49,415 nt of DNA from contig NC_069001.1 in assembly GCF_001194135.2 (NCBI RefSeq), positions 16,284,374 through 16,333,788 of the forward strand, in the 5' to 3' direction. The translations under genes and the position numbers were made by a program. Of this stretch, positions 1 through 12,140 are shown piece after piece (position 1 is the first letter of the stretch; every line of letters starts with the position of its first letter). The notes under the pieces were generated by a model. The model made no database searches and had not been told where the DNA came from. It was given only the letters and a program-made list of their open reading frames with translations. The DNA comes from Octopus bimaculoides. Taxonomy: Eukaryota.

Positions 1-685
1 CAACATCACTTGACAACTGATGCTGGTTTGTTTATGTCCCCCGTAACTTAGCGGTTCGGCAAAAGAGACTGATAGAATAAGTACTAGGCTTACAAAGAAT
101 AAGTCCTGGGGTCGATTTGCTCGACTAAAGGCGGTGCTCCAGCATGGCTGTAGTCAAATGACTGAAACAAGTAAAAGAGATATGTATATAAAGGTGCAGG
201 CATGACTGTGGTTAGAAGTTTGCTTCTCAATGACATGGCTCCAGGTTTAGTCCCACTGTGCGGTACCTTGGGTAAGTGTCTTCTGCTATAGAATTAAAGG
301 TAATGCCATGCAACTTTGTAATAATCCTTATTATTATTGCTGATATATGTGCGTGTGTGTGTGTACAGTAAGCCCTCAGCTATCGCTGGTGTTACATTAC
401 AAAACCCTACCCCTTGAGGGAGGCATGTGTCCCTCAGGCCCCGCTCCAGGTCCACCCATATATATGTGTGTCTTAGTATCTGTGTTTACCACCACCCCCA
501 TCACCACTTGACAACCGGTGTTGGTGTTTTCACAACCCAGTAACTTAGTGGTTCAGCAAAAGAGACCAATAGAATAAGTACTAGGCTTAAGAAGTAAGTT
601 CTGAGGTTGATTTGTTTAAGTAAAACCCTTCAAGGTGGTGCTCCAGTATGGCTGCAATCAAATGACTGAAACAAGTAAAAGAATA
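1..685 (+). mobile_element. Two adjacent copies (1-178 partial; ~190-685) of an abundant tRNA-headed SINE with internal microsatellite (family A)
   Basis: Both share the body 'gacaacc..tgttggtgttt..cccgtaacttagcggttcggcaaaagagac..atagaataagtactaggctt' and the 3' end 'ccagcatggc..cagtcaaatgactgaaacaagtaaaaga'. The same motifs recur many times in the window, e.g. + at 15870-16195; - at 5180-5370, 11985-12090, 20455-20815, 26720-27030, 47445-47805 and 48075-48330. Confidence 0.8.
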
Positions 686-834
686 TAAACCTCCATCCCA
701 CAAGCAATCAAATCTAGAAATAGCACTGACACGATTCATGAAGGTACCGTTTCATTCTACAGCTGTTTGGAATTGGCAAAGTTGTTGTGATATCCGTTCA
801 GGCTCTCTATGCTTTGAGTTCAAATCCTGCAGAG

Positions 835-2395
835 GAATGGAACAGCTACTGTGAAAGGCATTCAAATGTGAAGAATGAATGGGAGAAAGGCAGTCTTCCC
901 CATGTGAACCCAACAGAGGAACCAGTTATCCTAGTTGAGAGATACGGCAATTAAAGATATGAAGACAAGGAAAGCCTTTGGTCCATCAGGGGTCACTGCT
1001 GAGATGCTTAAAATATATGGTAGAGTAAGATATGGTTTTGGGGTAAGGGAGATGCCTGAGATAGAGGTAATTATAAGGGTATCAAATTGCTGGACCAGGT
1101 AATGAAAGTTATGGAGAGAATTATAGCTCAATTAATTAAGAACAAAATTAGACTAGATGTAGTGCAGTTTGGCTTTGTACCAGGGAGAAGCACTACTGAT
1201 GCCATTTTCATAGTCAGACAACTACAAGAAAAGTATTTAGCTAAGAATAAGCTGTTGTACTTGACATTAGTTGATCTGGAGAAAGCCTTTGCCAAAGTAC
1301 CTTGTTCTATGATATGGTGGTCTCTGAGGAAAGGCAAATGGCTTGTGGAAGCAGTATAGACCATGTACAGGGGTACTGTTAGTAAGGTAAGATTTAGCCA
1401 CGAGTACAGTGACAAATTTCGTGTACAGGTAGGTGTTCACCAAGGCTCGGTCCCTTTTATTCATCACTGTCCTCCAGGCCATGACAGAAGAATTTAAAAC
1501 CTGCTGCCCATGGGAACTACTATATACTGATGATCTTGGTCTCATAGCAGAATCTGTAACACAACTAGAAAAGAAATACCAGGTGCAGAAGTAAAACTTG
1601 GAATTGAAGAGCCTTAAAGTTAATTTATCAAAGATCAATGTCCTAGTAAGCAAAAAATCTGACAGAATCCTACCCTCTTCAGGTAAGTGGCCCTGCTCAA
1701 TATGTAAAAAAGATGTAAGCAGGAGTTCCATTCGGTGTACCCAGCGCAAACTATGGACACACAAGTGGTGCAGTGGAATAACAGGAAGGTTAACAGACAA
1801 AGTAGTGTTTGTATGTGGAAAATGTACAGGAGCCATAAAGACTACAGATACATAGGAAATTAATTTTCTCAAATGGCCCAGAAACTCTCTAGAAGTAGCA
1901 GATAATTTCTGCTACCTGGGTGATCATATTAGCAGTGGAGGAGGACGTACTGAAAATGTAATTGCTAGAATAAGAATAGAATGGAGAAAGTTCAGAGAGC
2001 TTTTACCTCTGTTGGCAATCAAAGGTCTCTGTCTTTGAGTGAAAGGAAGATTGTATGATGCATGTGTACAAACAGAAATGCTACATGGTAGTGAGATATG
2101 GGCCCTGAATGCAGTGGGTATGCAAAGACTAGAGAAGAATGAAGCTGGTATGCTCCACCAGATGTGCAATGTCATTGTACATTGCTAGTGTAGAGAAGAT
2201 AGGCAGAAAAGGAATTAAATACAGTGTACAAGAGAGAAGACTGCATTAGCTTAGTCATGTAATGCATATGGACAGTTGCATAAAGAGGTGCTGATCTCGT
2301 AAAGTGGATGGAAGTTGTGGAAGAGGGTGACCCAGAAAGACATGGGACGAAGTATTGAAGGAGATGGCAAAGGACCAATGCATTATTGCTTTATT
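835..2395 (+). mobile_element. Decayed RTE-clade LINE ORF2 (reverse transcriptase and C-terminus), 5'-truncated
   Basis: Frame-shifted peptides: KAFGPSGVTAEMLK; QFGFVPGRSTTDAIFIVRQLQEKYLAKNKLLYLTLVDLEKAFAKVP; GVHQGS; PWELLYTDDL (catalytic YxDD at 1523-1534); a Cys-rich WPCSIC..HKWC..CGKC module; then the RTE C-terminal region (YDACVQTEMLHGSE). Multiple stops and frameshifts. Confidence 0.93.
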
Positions 2396-2665
2396 AAGAT
2401 GGCATGGTATGATTGGTCAGAGATTTGACTGTTATTTCTAGTAGGCTGAGCAATAATGCAGCGATTCATGACTGGCTATATTTGAAAAAGATCTTGTTGA
2501 TACTTTTAGTACAACTGCATTGAGGCTTGCATTGTTGTTTAACTGTTTACTACAGAAATCGGATATATCCACTCAAAATTACCCTTAACAGCTGAAAGGA
2601 GTTTGCCTTTTGTTAAGGAATGTCATGTTTGAAATTATTTTTTGTTGAGAAATATCAAGTTTAGT

Positions 2666-2965
2666 GAAGGCACATGGCTTGGTGGTTAGGGCATTCAGAT
2701 TGTGATTGTAAGGTCATATAAGTTCAATTCTCAGCAGTGTGTTGTGACCTTCAGCAAAACACTTTATTTCATGTTGCTCCAATCCACTCAACTGGCAAAA
2801 GTTGGGTAGTACCTGTAATTCAAAGGGTCAGCCTTGTCACATTCTGTGTCATGCTAAATATTCCTGAAAACTATGTTAAAGGAACACATGTCTGTGGAGT
2901 GCTCAGCCACTTGCATGTTAATTTCATAAGCAGGCTGCGCTATTAATCAGATCGACTGGAACTGA
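2666..2965 (+). mobile_element. tRNA-derived SINE (family C), old CpG-decayed copy
   Basis: tRNA-like head 'gaaggcacatggcttggtggttagggcatt...agttcaattc' followed by the body 'cctgtaattcaaagggtcagccttgtcacattctgtgtc...ggagtgctcagccacttgca.gttaatttca', shared with 11247-11562, 18278-18667 and 44748-45117. Confidence 0.85.
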
Positions 2966-3654
2966 AAGAGTGCTAGATATCAAGTTTAATTGAGGCATCA
3001 TGAGTTGCAGAAAAAACCAATTCTGTTACTTGGTAGACTTCATTAAGACTTAAAGACAGTAGGGTTTGATTTGAAGGTAATTTTGGACAATATTTCTCGC
3101 AAGCCAAGTTATTTCAGACTAATTAATAAGGTTTCCTCTTAAATTAGTTGATTGAAAAGTTGTTAGTTACCACTGTTGATTAATTATTATGATAAGAAAA
3201 GAAAAAAAAAAACCATGTTGAATAAATATCGTAAACATAAACAAGAATAAACAGAGAAGTANNNNNNNNNNNNNNNNNNNNNNNNNNNNNNNNNNNNNNN
3301 NNNNNNNNNNNNNNNNNNNNNNNNNNNNNNNNNNNNNNNNNNNNNNNNNNNNNNNNNNNNNNNNNNNNNNNNNNNNNNNNNNNNNNNNNNNNNNNNNNNN
3401 NNNNNNNNNNNNNNNNNNNNNNNNNNNNNNNNNNNNNNNNNNNNNNNNNNNNNNNNNNNNNNNNNNNNNNNNNNNNNNNNNNNNNNNNNNNNNNNNNNNN
3501 NNNNNNNNNNNNNNNNNNNNNNNNNNNNNNNNNNNNNNNNNNNNNNNNNNNNGTGTGTGTGTGTGTGTGCGCGCGTGCGAGCGCAAATATAACTGGAAGG
3601 AAGAAGCAAATGTTTTCTTCTTTCAGATTCCAATTTTAGGAACCTGATAATAAC

Positions 3655-3760
3655 AGGAAAAAAATACTTGGCTAAAAATAAAACAGCAGCAGCAGTTCTT
3701 CCTTTTTGATTTGGGCAAAATATTTGACAGGATCCTACAGAATGTGGTTTATGTAGCAAT
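3655..3760 (+). mobile_element. Short RTE reverse-transcriptase remnant
   Basis: Reads KKYLAKNK...DLGKIFDRILQNVVYVA, matching the EKYLAKNK..DLEKAFDRVP segment of the RTE copy at 835-2395. Confidence 0.6.
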
Positions 3761-4140
3761 TCACAAATGTATATATATATACACACATATATATACAAAC
3801 ACATACAAATATACATAAAAGTACATAAATACATATACAGATATGCAAACATACATATAAACACACACATACACAACCATCATCATTTGACGTCTGTTTT
3901 CCATACTGGTATGAACTGGATAAAAAAAAAAATCTCGGAGAGGTTGCGGAATGAACCCAAGGCCTTTTACCAATACATACATAGATACATACAAATATTC
4001 ATATATACATACATACATACATATATATATATATAATTACATACATACAAATACATACATATATATATAATTACATACAAATACATACATATATATATAA
4101 TTACATACATACATACAAATACATACATATATATATAATT
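3760..4140. repeat. TA/TACA-rich microsatellite and ~30-35 bp minisatellite abutting an assembly gap
   Basis: The unit 'atatatatataattacatacata(c)aaatacatacat' repeats at 4020-4140, followed by an N run. Confidence 0.85.
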
Positions 4141-4800
4141 NNNNNNNNNNNNNNNNNNNNNNNNNNNNNNNNNNNNNNNNNNNNNNNNNNNNNNNNNNNN
4201 NNNNNNNNNNNNNNNNNNNNNNNNNNNNNNNNNNNNNNNNAATCTGCTAGAAACAGCAGTCAAATCTCCCTCAAATTCCACCTCCTGCCTCGAAAAAAAA
4301 AACAAAAAAGGAAGGCTACTTAATGTAGCCTAGGACATAAAAAGCAAAACAGGGTGGTTACAGCTGACCGTAAATCTGTTGGCTCTCTGCCGACCTTAGG
4401 CAAAACAGAAACTACAACTTACAGTGCTGCTGCTGCTGCTACTGCTGCTATGCACTGTATAAACAGAGTTTAATTTCTCTGTTAAACAAGAATATTTTCT
4501 CAGACGTTTGTTATAAACATCATTAGATTAATTTAACAGCCAATAATTAATGAATATAGCAGGGGAGAAAAAAACTGTGATGATGGAGGAGTATATTAAA
4601 ATAGACGTGTTGCAGTTCAACTTTGTACAGGGAGTTTCTACATGGTCACTCAGCTTGTTAGAAATAGCAACCAAATCTCTTCTAAAGCATGACCTTCTGT
4701 TTTAAAACATCAAACACATACAATTGCAGTTGAAGCACAGAATAAAAGACAGAATGATCAATCAAACACAGCTAGAATGTTTTTGATAAATATCTCGCTG

Positions 4801-5067
4801 GACTGGCTCCTGTGCAGGTGGCACGTAAAAAACACCTTTTTAAGCGTGGCCGTTGCCAGTACCGTGTGACTGGCCCTCATGCCGGTGGCACATAAAAGCA
4901 CCCACTACACTCTCGGAGTGGTTGGCGTTAGGAAGGGCATCCAGCTGTAGAAACTCTGCCAGATCAGATTGGAGCCTGGTGTTGCCATCCGGTTTCACCA
5001 GTCCTCTGTTAAATCGTCCAACCCATGCTAGCATGGAAAGCAGATGTTAAACGATGACGATGATGAT
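4801..5067 (+). mobile_element. RTE-type 3' tail element ending in (GAT)n
   Basis: Ends 'gtccaacccatgctagcatggaaagcagatgttaaacgatgacgatgatgat'. The same tail is attached to RTE C-terminal coding sequence at 26195-26690 (-) and recurs at 24890-25115, 36240-36430, 37740-37890 and 43870-44110. Confidence 0.75.
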
Positions 5068-5382
5068 CTCTCTGCTCAGAACCAACTTGGGGCTAAACAA
5101 CAATCTTGTACAGGAGCCTTCTACCTGGTTGCTTGACTTGCTGGGAATAATACTGAAATCTTACTGCTAATCTTTTATATTTTGTTTCAGTTATTGAACT
5201 GTGGCCATGCTAGAGCACTACCTTGAAGGGTTTTCACTGAAAAAATAAAATTGATCCCCTAGACTTTTTTTTAAAGCCTGGTACTTATTTTATTGGTCTC
5301 TAAGTTGCAGAGATGTAAACAAACCAACACTGGTTGTCAAGCGGCAGGAGAGAACAAACACACACACACACACACACACACA

Positions 5383-5468
<86 letters not shown>

Positions 5469-6699
5469 ATGATTTTGTGGATACATTGTATCTGAAATAA
5501 AAAGCATTTTCGATCACGACAATAATGCCTTTAGTCATAAGTCTGCTCGTTGAGGGCTGACCTAGGGCTAAACAAGAACTCGCATGCCTCTATTGACTTA
5601 TTCGAATCAGTAGAGGCATAGATTTCTACATGATTGCTCAACTCGCTAGAAACAAGTTTCCACCAAATCACACCCTACCCTGCCTTAAAAAAATCCCCTT
5701 ACATCTACATCGGATAACGTAGTCTTGTAGTGGATACCAAGGCAAATAAGATCAATAAAAACAAAAAATGGGCAAAGAATTTCTCATCATAGGTTTTTTT
5801 TTTTACTCAGTCATCGATGGCAGTGGGTGTTAACTTCTACTATTACTAATGTGTGAGGACAGGTTTGGTCTTAAACTCGACTCCGCCTGCTCTGTGTGTT
5901 ATCCCTTCCATTCGTGCAGTTTTAACATTCCCTAATAACATTCACAGCTATTTTCATGTCTTACAGGATGGTTCACCCTTTCATCATCACCATCAGAACC
6001 ACCACTACCACCACCACCACCACCACCCTCTCTCTTTTTTCCTCAGGATAGTTTCGACACTTCTTATCCAAACATCTTTCACTATTTTTAGCAATTTTAC
6101 TGAATTTTTTTATGGCATTGAAAAGCAGTGAAATACCCGAGTTGCCAAAAACTTCCCTTGATTAGCTTTCGACATGGCAAGCATATCTTTCTTTCTATCT
6201 TTTCCCTTCCTAATTCTGTCCTTGTTTTATAATCTCTTCTGACGAACACCACATTGCTAAACCAGTCTATAGACGTTGAAGATAACACTTTATTCCAACA
6301 CGTTTCACTGACTCGATTTCATTCATTCTGTTAAGTAATTCATTCATTCATTAAAACTATCTCTCACCTTTGACCTTCTGAATGGAGAAAGAAAAAGAAA
6401 GAACGAAAAAAATCACATACTAAAAAAAAATGGCCATTATTTTCATATTTTTTCTTTTACTGTATTGAAGAAACAACAATTACAAGACAACGTAATTAAA
6501 TCAGAACAACTCTGTTGGCTGACCTTTTTGTGTTGTGTGTGACACCGCGCAGCCTCTTTAATATTAAACTGCCGTCAAATCTTTAAAAAAAAGACAATTG
6601 TTGTTTACACCAAGCATAGTCCTCATTGTGAAGGCACGTAATTACAATCGTTCTGACCATGAGCATTCCATTCTCCTTTTAGACAGTGTACACATAGGA

Positions 6700-8220
6700 C
6701 TATGGTTCTCAACCGGGATTTGTAGGGCCCCTGAGGGTCCATAACAAGATGTAATACTTCGACCGTGCGAACCAAAGGAGATGGCGACGTAGACGGAAAA
6801 GGCTCCTTTTTACCATGTCGCACGGTTGAACACAAAATACAAGATTATATATGATAGAAGGCTCATCGTGAGAGATACGAGCCATAGTGCCAGTAAAAGA
6901 ACTTAGGACAAACTCAACCGTTAGATATATAATGAGAATAAATTTATTAACATAGTGAAACTGTTTTTGAGTGTGCGCGTGCATGCGACATATATAATTA
7001 ACACAGTAGATAAGTCAGGCCTTCGTGTACAAGAGAAGGTATACAACAATGTGAAGTGACGGACAGTCGTATANNNNNNNNNNNNNNNNNNNNNNNNNNN
7101 NNNNNNNNNNNNNNNNNNNNNNNNNNNNNNNNNNNNNNNNNNNNNNNNNNNNNNNNNNNNNNNNNNNNNNNNNNNNNNNNNNNNNNNNNNNNNNNNNNNN
7201 NNNNNNNNNNNNNNNNNNNNNNNNNNNNNNNNNNNNNNNNNNNNNNNNNNNNNNNNNNNNNNNNNNNNNNNNNNNNNNNNNNNNNNNNNNNNNNNNNNNN
7301 NNNNNNNNNNNCTCAAACAGTGAAGATAAAACCTGGTTTGTTGATATTGGTGTGTCCCTGGTGGTGGGGTTGCTGGCGTACGACGTTGTGGTAGACAGTA
7401 CATAGGTGGTGAAGACGTCGGCGCTGGAACAGACCTGTGAGAGATCTGAAATCGAAGATTGCCGTCGTTGGATCGGGCTTATTTATAGGCGAAAAAGGGC
7501 TCACCGGAAACCCAGTAAAACTCTCTATCACGTGACTTTATCTAAATGCCCCCTTAGCAAGCAGAACATGGGGACAATTGCCGCGCAAATAAGAACCAAT
7601 CAGGATGATGGACAGAAAGGTCCAAGGTAGCCGAAGGCTAGATGTTAGCAGCTTCGTTATCATTTATGGGAGAGGTTTCAATATAAAGATTTTTGGGGGT
7701 CCACACAGCAAAACAGTAAATTAAGGAACCACGATAGTATTTTAAGTACCTCTGAAAAACATTTTCTGTATATATATATATTAGTATGTATTGCAAGAAA
7801 CAGCTGAGTTTCTTTCTCTAACATTTTACATAGTTCGACCTAAACAAGTTAATGTGTGAAAACCAAAATAGGAATTTTGAAAGAAGTTCTATAAAACTAG
7901 TTTTTAAACATCAAATGGCTACAGTGATCCACCAGAGTAAAATAGTAATTAAAGGGGTCCAGAGATAAAAACAAAATGGTTGAGAACCCCTGCTTTAGAT
8001 GTAAGTATTGGTAAGTATTGCAAGAAACAGCTAAGTTTCTTTCTCTAACATTTTACATAGTTCGACCTAAACAAGTTAATGTGTGAAAAACAAAATAGGA
8101 ATTTTGAAAGAAGTTTCTATAAAACTAGTTTTTAAACACCAAATTGGCTATAAGGGGTCCACCTGAATAAAATAGTAATTAAAGGGGTCCACAGATAAAA
8201 AAAAATGGTTGAGAACCCCG
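6700..8220. mobile_element. hAT-type MITE with a nested insertion and a duplicated 3' end
   Basis: Termini CTATGGTTCTCAACC (6700) and GGTTGAGAACCCCG (8220) resemble the hAT consensus CAG(G/T)GGTTCTCAACC. The 8-bp flanks ACATAGGA (6692-6699) and ATGTAGGA (8221-8228) fit an ACGTAGGA TSD after CpG decay. Segment 7788-7992 is duplicated at 8015-8220. Confidence 0.75.
6750..7680 (-). mobile_element. Probable solo LTR nested in the hAT MITE
   Basis: Interrupts the MITE body and has TG...CA ends. On the - strand TATAAATAAG (7487-7478) lies upstream of AATAAA (6948-6943), a U3-R-U5 order. CpG-rich. The middle is an N gap, and no clean 4-6 bp TSD is visible. Confidence 0.45.
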
Positions 8221-9359
8221 ATGTAGGACTAGATCTCTACATTATCAAAGTGTCCTCCTATTTTTTTTTCATGATGGCAATATTGTAATATGAGAAAGGT
8301 TTAGCTGCTATTTCTAGTAAGGCGAGCGAAACTTGTTATCGTCGTTTACGTCCAGGTTATCTCTAATCTCGCTGACGTAATCACAATGTAGTCTAACCAT
8401 GACCATCATCTTATTTTTAGGCGAAGGACTGCAACTACATTAACAAATGCGTCCTTTCTTGTTTAAAGATGATAGTATACGATTTGAAGGCCAAATGGCT
8501 GTTATTTCTAGCAGGTCCAGCAACTACGAAAAAGACCCCCACCCACCTTGTTGACGTCTATTTATAATTCGATTCACATCTTGGATGCATTATAGGAATA
8601 CAGATACAACAATACTAATTTACGAGCAAAAACTTCAAATTCCCACAGCCGTAAGACTAGCTTACAAGGCGTTTGCACTGTACAGTATTAATAAACTTGT
8701 AACATTTATACTAATGTACAGGTACATGTATTTCAATTTCATCATCTAAGTATATTTAATATTTGCTTTATTTACAGTGACCACACCTGGTTCGAAAATA
8801 ATTAGTAATCTGGAAACCTTTGGGGTTCAAAAGTTCCGCAAAATCGATGTTGTACCTGAATGAATTTAGAAAAGTTGACCACAGTGGGATTTGAACGTAA
8901 AAACTGTAGCTAAGTACCTCGATTCGACACTGGATTTTGTGAATCTCGCTCATACACTAGTCGTCCGTAGATCTTTCTAATGAACAAATATTTGTAAATA
9001 ATGGTAGTATATTCCGTAATGGAAATATTTAATTAGGGGAAAATTAATGTTCCATGCTGTTGGGTGTTTTAATGTTGAGTTAATCGCACATCGACGTCAC
9101 ATTTAAGACAATTGTCAATCTCTAATTCTTATAATTGGTAAATGATACAGAGCATGTCATCGTTTCTTACATAATCATGAAGTAAAGAGAGCGCGGAGGG
9201 AGAGAGCCAATGGGATTGTCCAGGAGCAATGAGAAGAGGCCCGGTGGTTTTTATTCTTTTGTTCCTGGGTTACATAGAGGCAGATACTCGTACAGGTCAT
9301 CACTGTGAGCGACCTTTCTTTTATTCCATCATGCATCTTTAATATTGGTTTCAAAATTT

Positions 9360-9665
9360 GAAACAAGGCCAGCAATTTCTGGGGAGGGACCCCTATGTTT
9401 CACTGGTATTTATTTTACCAACCCCGAGAGGATGAAAGGCAAAGTCAACCTTCTCAGAATTTGAACTCAGGACGTAAAGACGGATGAAATGCAGCTAAGC
9501 ATTTAGCCCGGCTAACGATTCTTATTTCTTTATTGCCCACAAGAGGCTAAACATAGAGGGGACAAACAAGGACAGACAAAGGGATTAAGTCGATTACATC
9601 GACCCCAGTGCGTAACTGTTACTTAATTTATCGACCCCGAAGGGATGAAAGGCAAAGTTAACCCC
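9360..9665 (-). mobile_element. Two SINE family B copies (core 'ttatcgaccccgaaaggatgaaaggcaaagtcgacc')
   Basis: The core motif is shared with >15 copies in the window. The second copy has the variant tail 'ttattgcccacaag.ggctaaacatagagggg', also seen at 27435-27670. Confidence 0.8.
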
Positions 9666-9784
9666 GGTGTCCAGGTCGCCGCTTTATATATCGTTAATAT
9701 TACGACAAATATGAGTGGACGTGACTGTATCTATAGCTGGACGGAATATAACAGTGAACTATACTCTAATTAGTCAGTGAACTA

Positions 9785-9960
9785 TCGTATTTTATAGAAT
9801 AAAAGATGCAGCTCATATTCGAGATAAAAAGTTTTTAAAACATTAAAGTATATATATGCAGGAAAAAAGTTTTTAGCGCATTCAAGCATATAATATACTC
9901 CCTTTTTAAAAACTTTTTTGTGGTGGGAGGGTAATGCGTCTTATATGCTATCAAATATCA
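9785..9960. mobile_element. Short pogo/Tigger-like MITE
   Basis: TA flanks at 9783-9784 and 9961-9962. Degenerate inverted ends 'tcgtattttatagaataaaagatgca' and 'tgcgtcttatatgctatcaaatatca'. Confidence 0.5.
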
Positions 9961-10020
9961 TACACTTTCGACCTGTGACACATTCGAAATGTTTGTAAGG
10001 AGGAGCTGGATTGCTGACAA

Positions 10021-10282
10021 CGAAGTACATGTACAAAGAATACCGTGATCTCATTGCTGCAGGAGCTCTGACTCAGTGTTACTGTGATATGGGAGCTGGG
10101 CATCGTGCCAGGCCTTCAGCTATCCAAATCATTAGAGTGGAAACTGCCAGTCAAGAAATGCAGAAGAGCTTTACATTATGCAATTTCACAATGCCAGTAA
10201 CCGTTTCCCATTGCCTCATCGCGTGGAAAGGAACTTATAAAATCCTAAATTCATTACTAGGAGATCATACACTAATTTCTAA
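10021..10282 (+). pseudogene. RPL18A: Disabled 5'-truncated copy of 60S ribosomal protein L18a (eL20), C-terminal half
   Basis: From ATG 10029: [38 protein letters not shown]. After two frameshifts (~10158, ~10171): [39 protein letters not shown] (internal stop 10238-10240; terminal TAA 10280-10282). This is collinear with the conserved L18a C-terminus [72 protein letters not shown]. No introns. Confidence 0.93.
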
Positions 10283-10413
10283 TATGTTCAAATATTGAGC
10301 TGTGTACAATAGACAAAAGTTTTTGTCATCGTTGGTCCCCAGTCTCACCAAACATATTGTACAGAAGTATTGTCAGCAACCATTGTAACACAGTGTTCTA
10401 TAGTACAGGAATA

Positions 10414-10940
10414 ACTACAGATGTGTGCCCCTCACCACCGACTTTGTTTCCTCATAACTTTCTGAAAATAGGATATTTTTTCAAAGCATTTTCTACAAAT
10501 ACATTTCAAATACTGTAGATTAGTTATATTGGAATTTGATGTGAAAAATTATTTGGAGGAGGAGGGTGGGCGGATAATTCCCACATCCCATCAAGACGTA
10601 TGAGGAAACAAAGTCAAGGAATGTGATTTATCCAACCTCATTCACAATTTTTTTTTTTCAGGTTGAATCCAGATATAATTGTAATCTACACCATCTGAAG
10701 CATATTTGTAGAAAACAACTAAAGAGAAACTCCAATCTTTAGATTATGAGGAAACAAAATGAGGTATGTGAATTATCCGAAGCTGCTCTCCGCCCCTCTG
10801 AAAATTTTTCTTCACAACTAATTCAAACATAATCCTCATCTACATCATCTAAAATGTATCGCAGGAAAATTTCATGAAAAATAAGCATTTTACAGAAAGT
10901 TATGAAAAACAAAGTCGAGGGAAGGGCACACATTTATAGT
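10414..10940. mobile_element. Foldback/MITE with long imperfect terminal inverted repeats, TA-flanked
   Basis: Left end 'actacagatgtgtgcccc..cgactttgtttcctcataactttctg' versus reverse complement of the right end 'actataaatgtgtgccct..cgactttgtttttcataactttctg'. Complementarity continues inward for roughly 170 bp. TA at 10412-10413 and 10941-10942. Confidence 0.8.
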
Positions 10941-11246
10941 TATACCTTTAGTAAATTATATCAATGAAATGAAGCCCTGTTAACATACCAGCAATTTAAT
11001 GTTCGATCTGCCCGTCAAGAAAAGTATTAAAAACATCCAAACTGATCTATTCTGTTAACTTAAAAGCCTAACATTAGTGGGTTTACAAATAATGTATTCA
11101 TGAATAGCTGAGAAGGTACAGTTACTGATGAAGGTTCCAAATTGAAGCAGCGTGATGCATGTACAACTTTCCTCTGTCCACGAATATATTATACAGGTAC
11201 ATAGTTTATATTTCTCATAAGTTTTTTTTGTTTTCTTTTTTTTGCC

Positions 11247-11562
11247 AGGTTCTCCGTCGGTTACGACGATAAGTGTTCCAGTTAATTCAATCAACAGAAC
11301 AGCCTGCTCGTGAAATTAACGTGCAAGCGACTGAGCATTCCACAGATACGCGTACCCTTAACGTAATTCTCAGGGAGATTCAGCGTGACACAGAATGTCA
11401 CAAGGCTGGCTCTTTTGAATTACAGGTACAACTCATTTTTGTCAGTTGAGTGAACAAGAGCAACGTGAAATAAAGTGTCTTGCTCAAGGACATGAGGTGT
11501 CGTCAGGAATTGAATTGCGATCGTAAGCCGAATACCCTAATCCCTAAGCCACGCGCCTTTAC
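11247..11562 (-). mobile_element. tRNA-derived SINE (family C), CpG-retaining copy
   Basis: Reverse complement of the family C body and tRNA-like head. Confidence 0.85.
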
Positions 11563-12140
11563 ACATAGTATTGGCTAATAAATCTACAGATAAGGTCAGT
11601 TGTGTACATAGTATTGGCTTAAAAAAAAAAACTATAGATACATTCGAATTATGCAACAGAATCAGTTTTATAATATGAAACATTATGTTCTGTAGTACAT
11701 TATAGCAATGAAATGAAACACTAGTAACAGACCAATGATTTAATCAAAAAAGTATCAAATGATCCTCGTGAAGGCGCTTAGCTATTCCAACGCCCCAGTC
11801 TCGCCATCACCCACTGTTAAAGCAGTAAATGTTTTTAGATGCCTCAAATTCTTTAAAAAGGAAATACCAACATTTCCTGGTGCGATGCGTAAATGAGGGA
11901 GTGTGCATGCCTTCTAAGATATTTATTTCTTTATTTTTCAGTTTTTGTTTTTCTATATTCATTTATGTTTATCTTTTACTTGTTTCAGTCATTAGACTGC
12001 AGTCATGCTGGGGCACCGCCTTGAAGAATTTTTAGCCGAATGAATCGACCTCCAGTACTTATTTTTTGATTTCTTTTAAGCCTGGTACTTATGAAATTAC
12101 CGCATCCCTGAATGAGTAGAGAATTAATAGTGTTTTTATA

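Noticed and set aside
5359-5467. (CA)~12 directly followed by (TG)~42 hairpin
   Set aside because: It sits at a SINE microsatellite where the element breaks off. A scaffold/contig mis-join or simple inversion is more likely than function.
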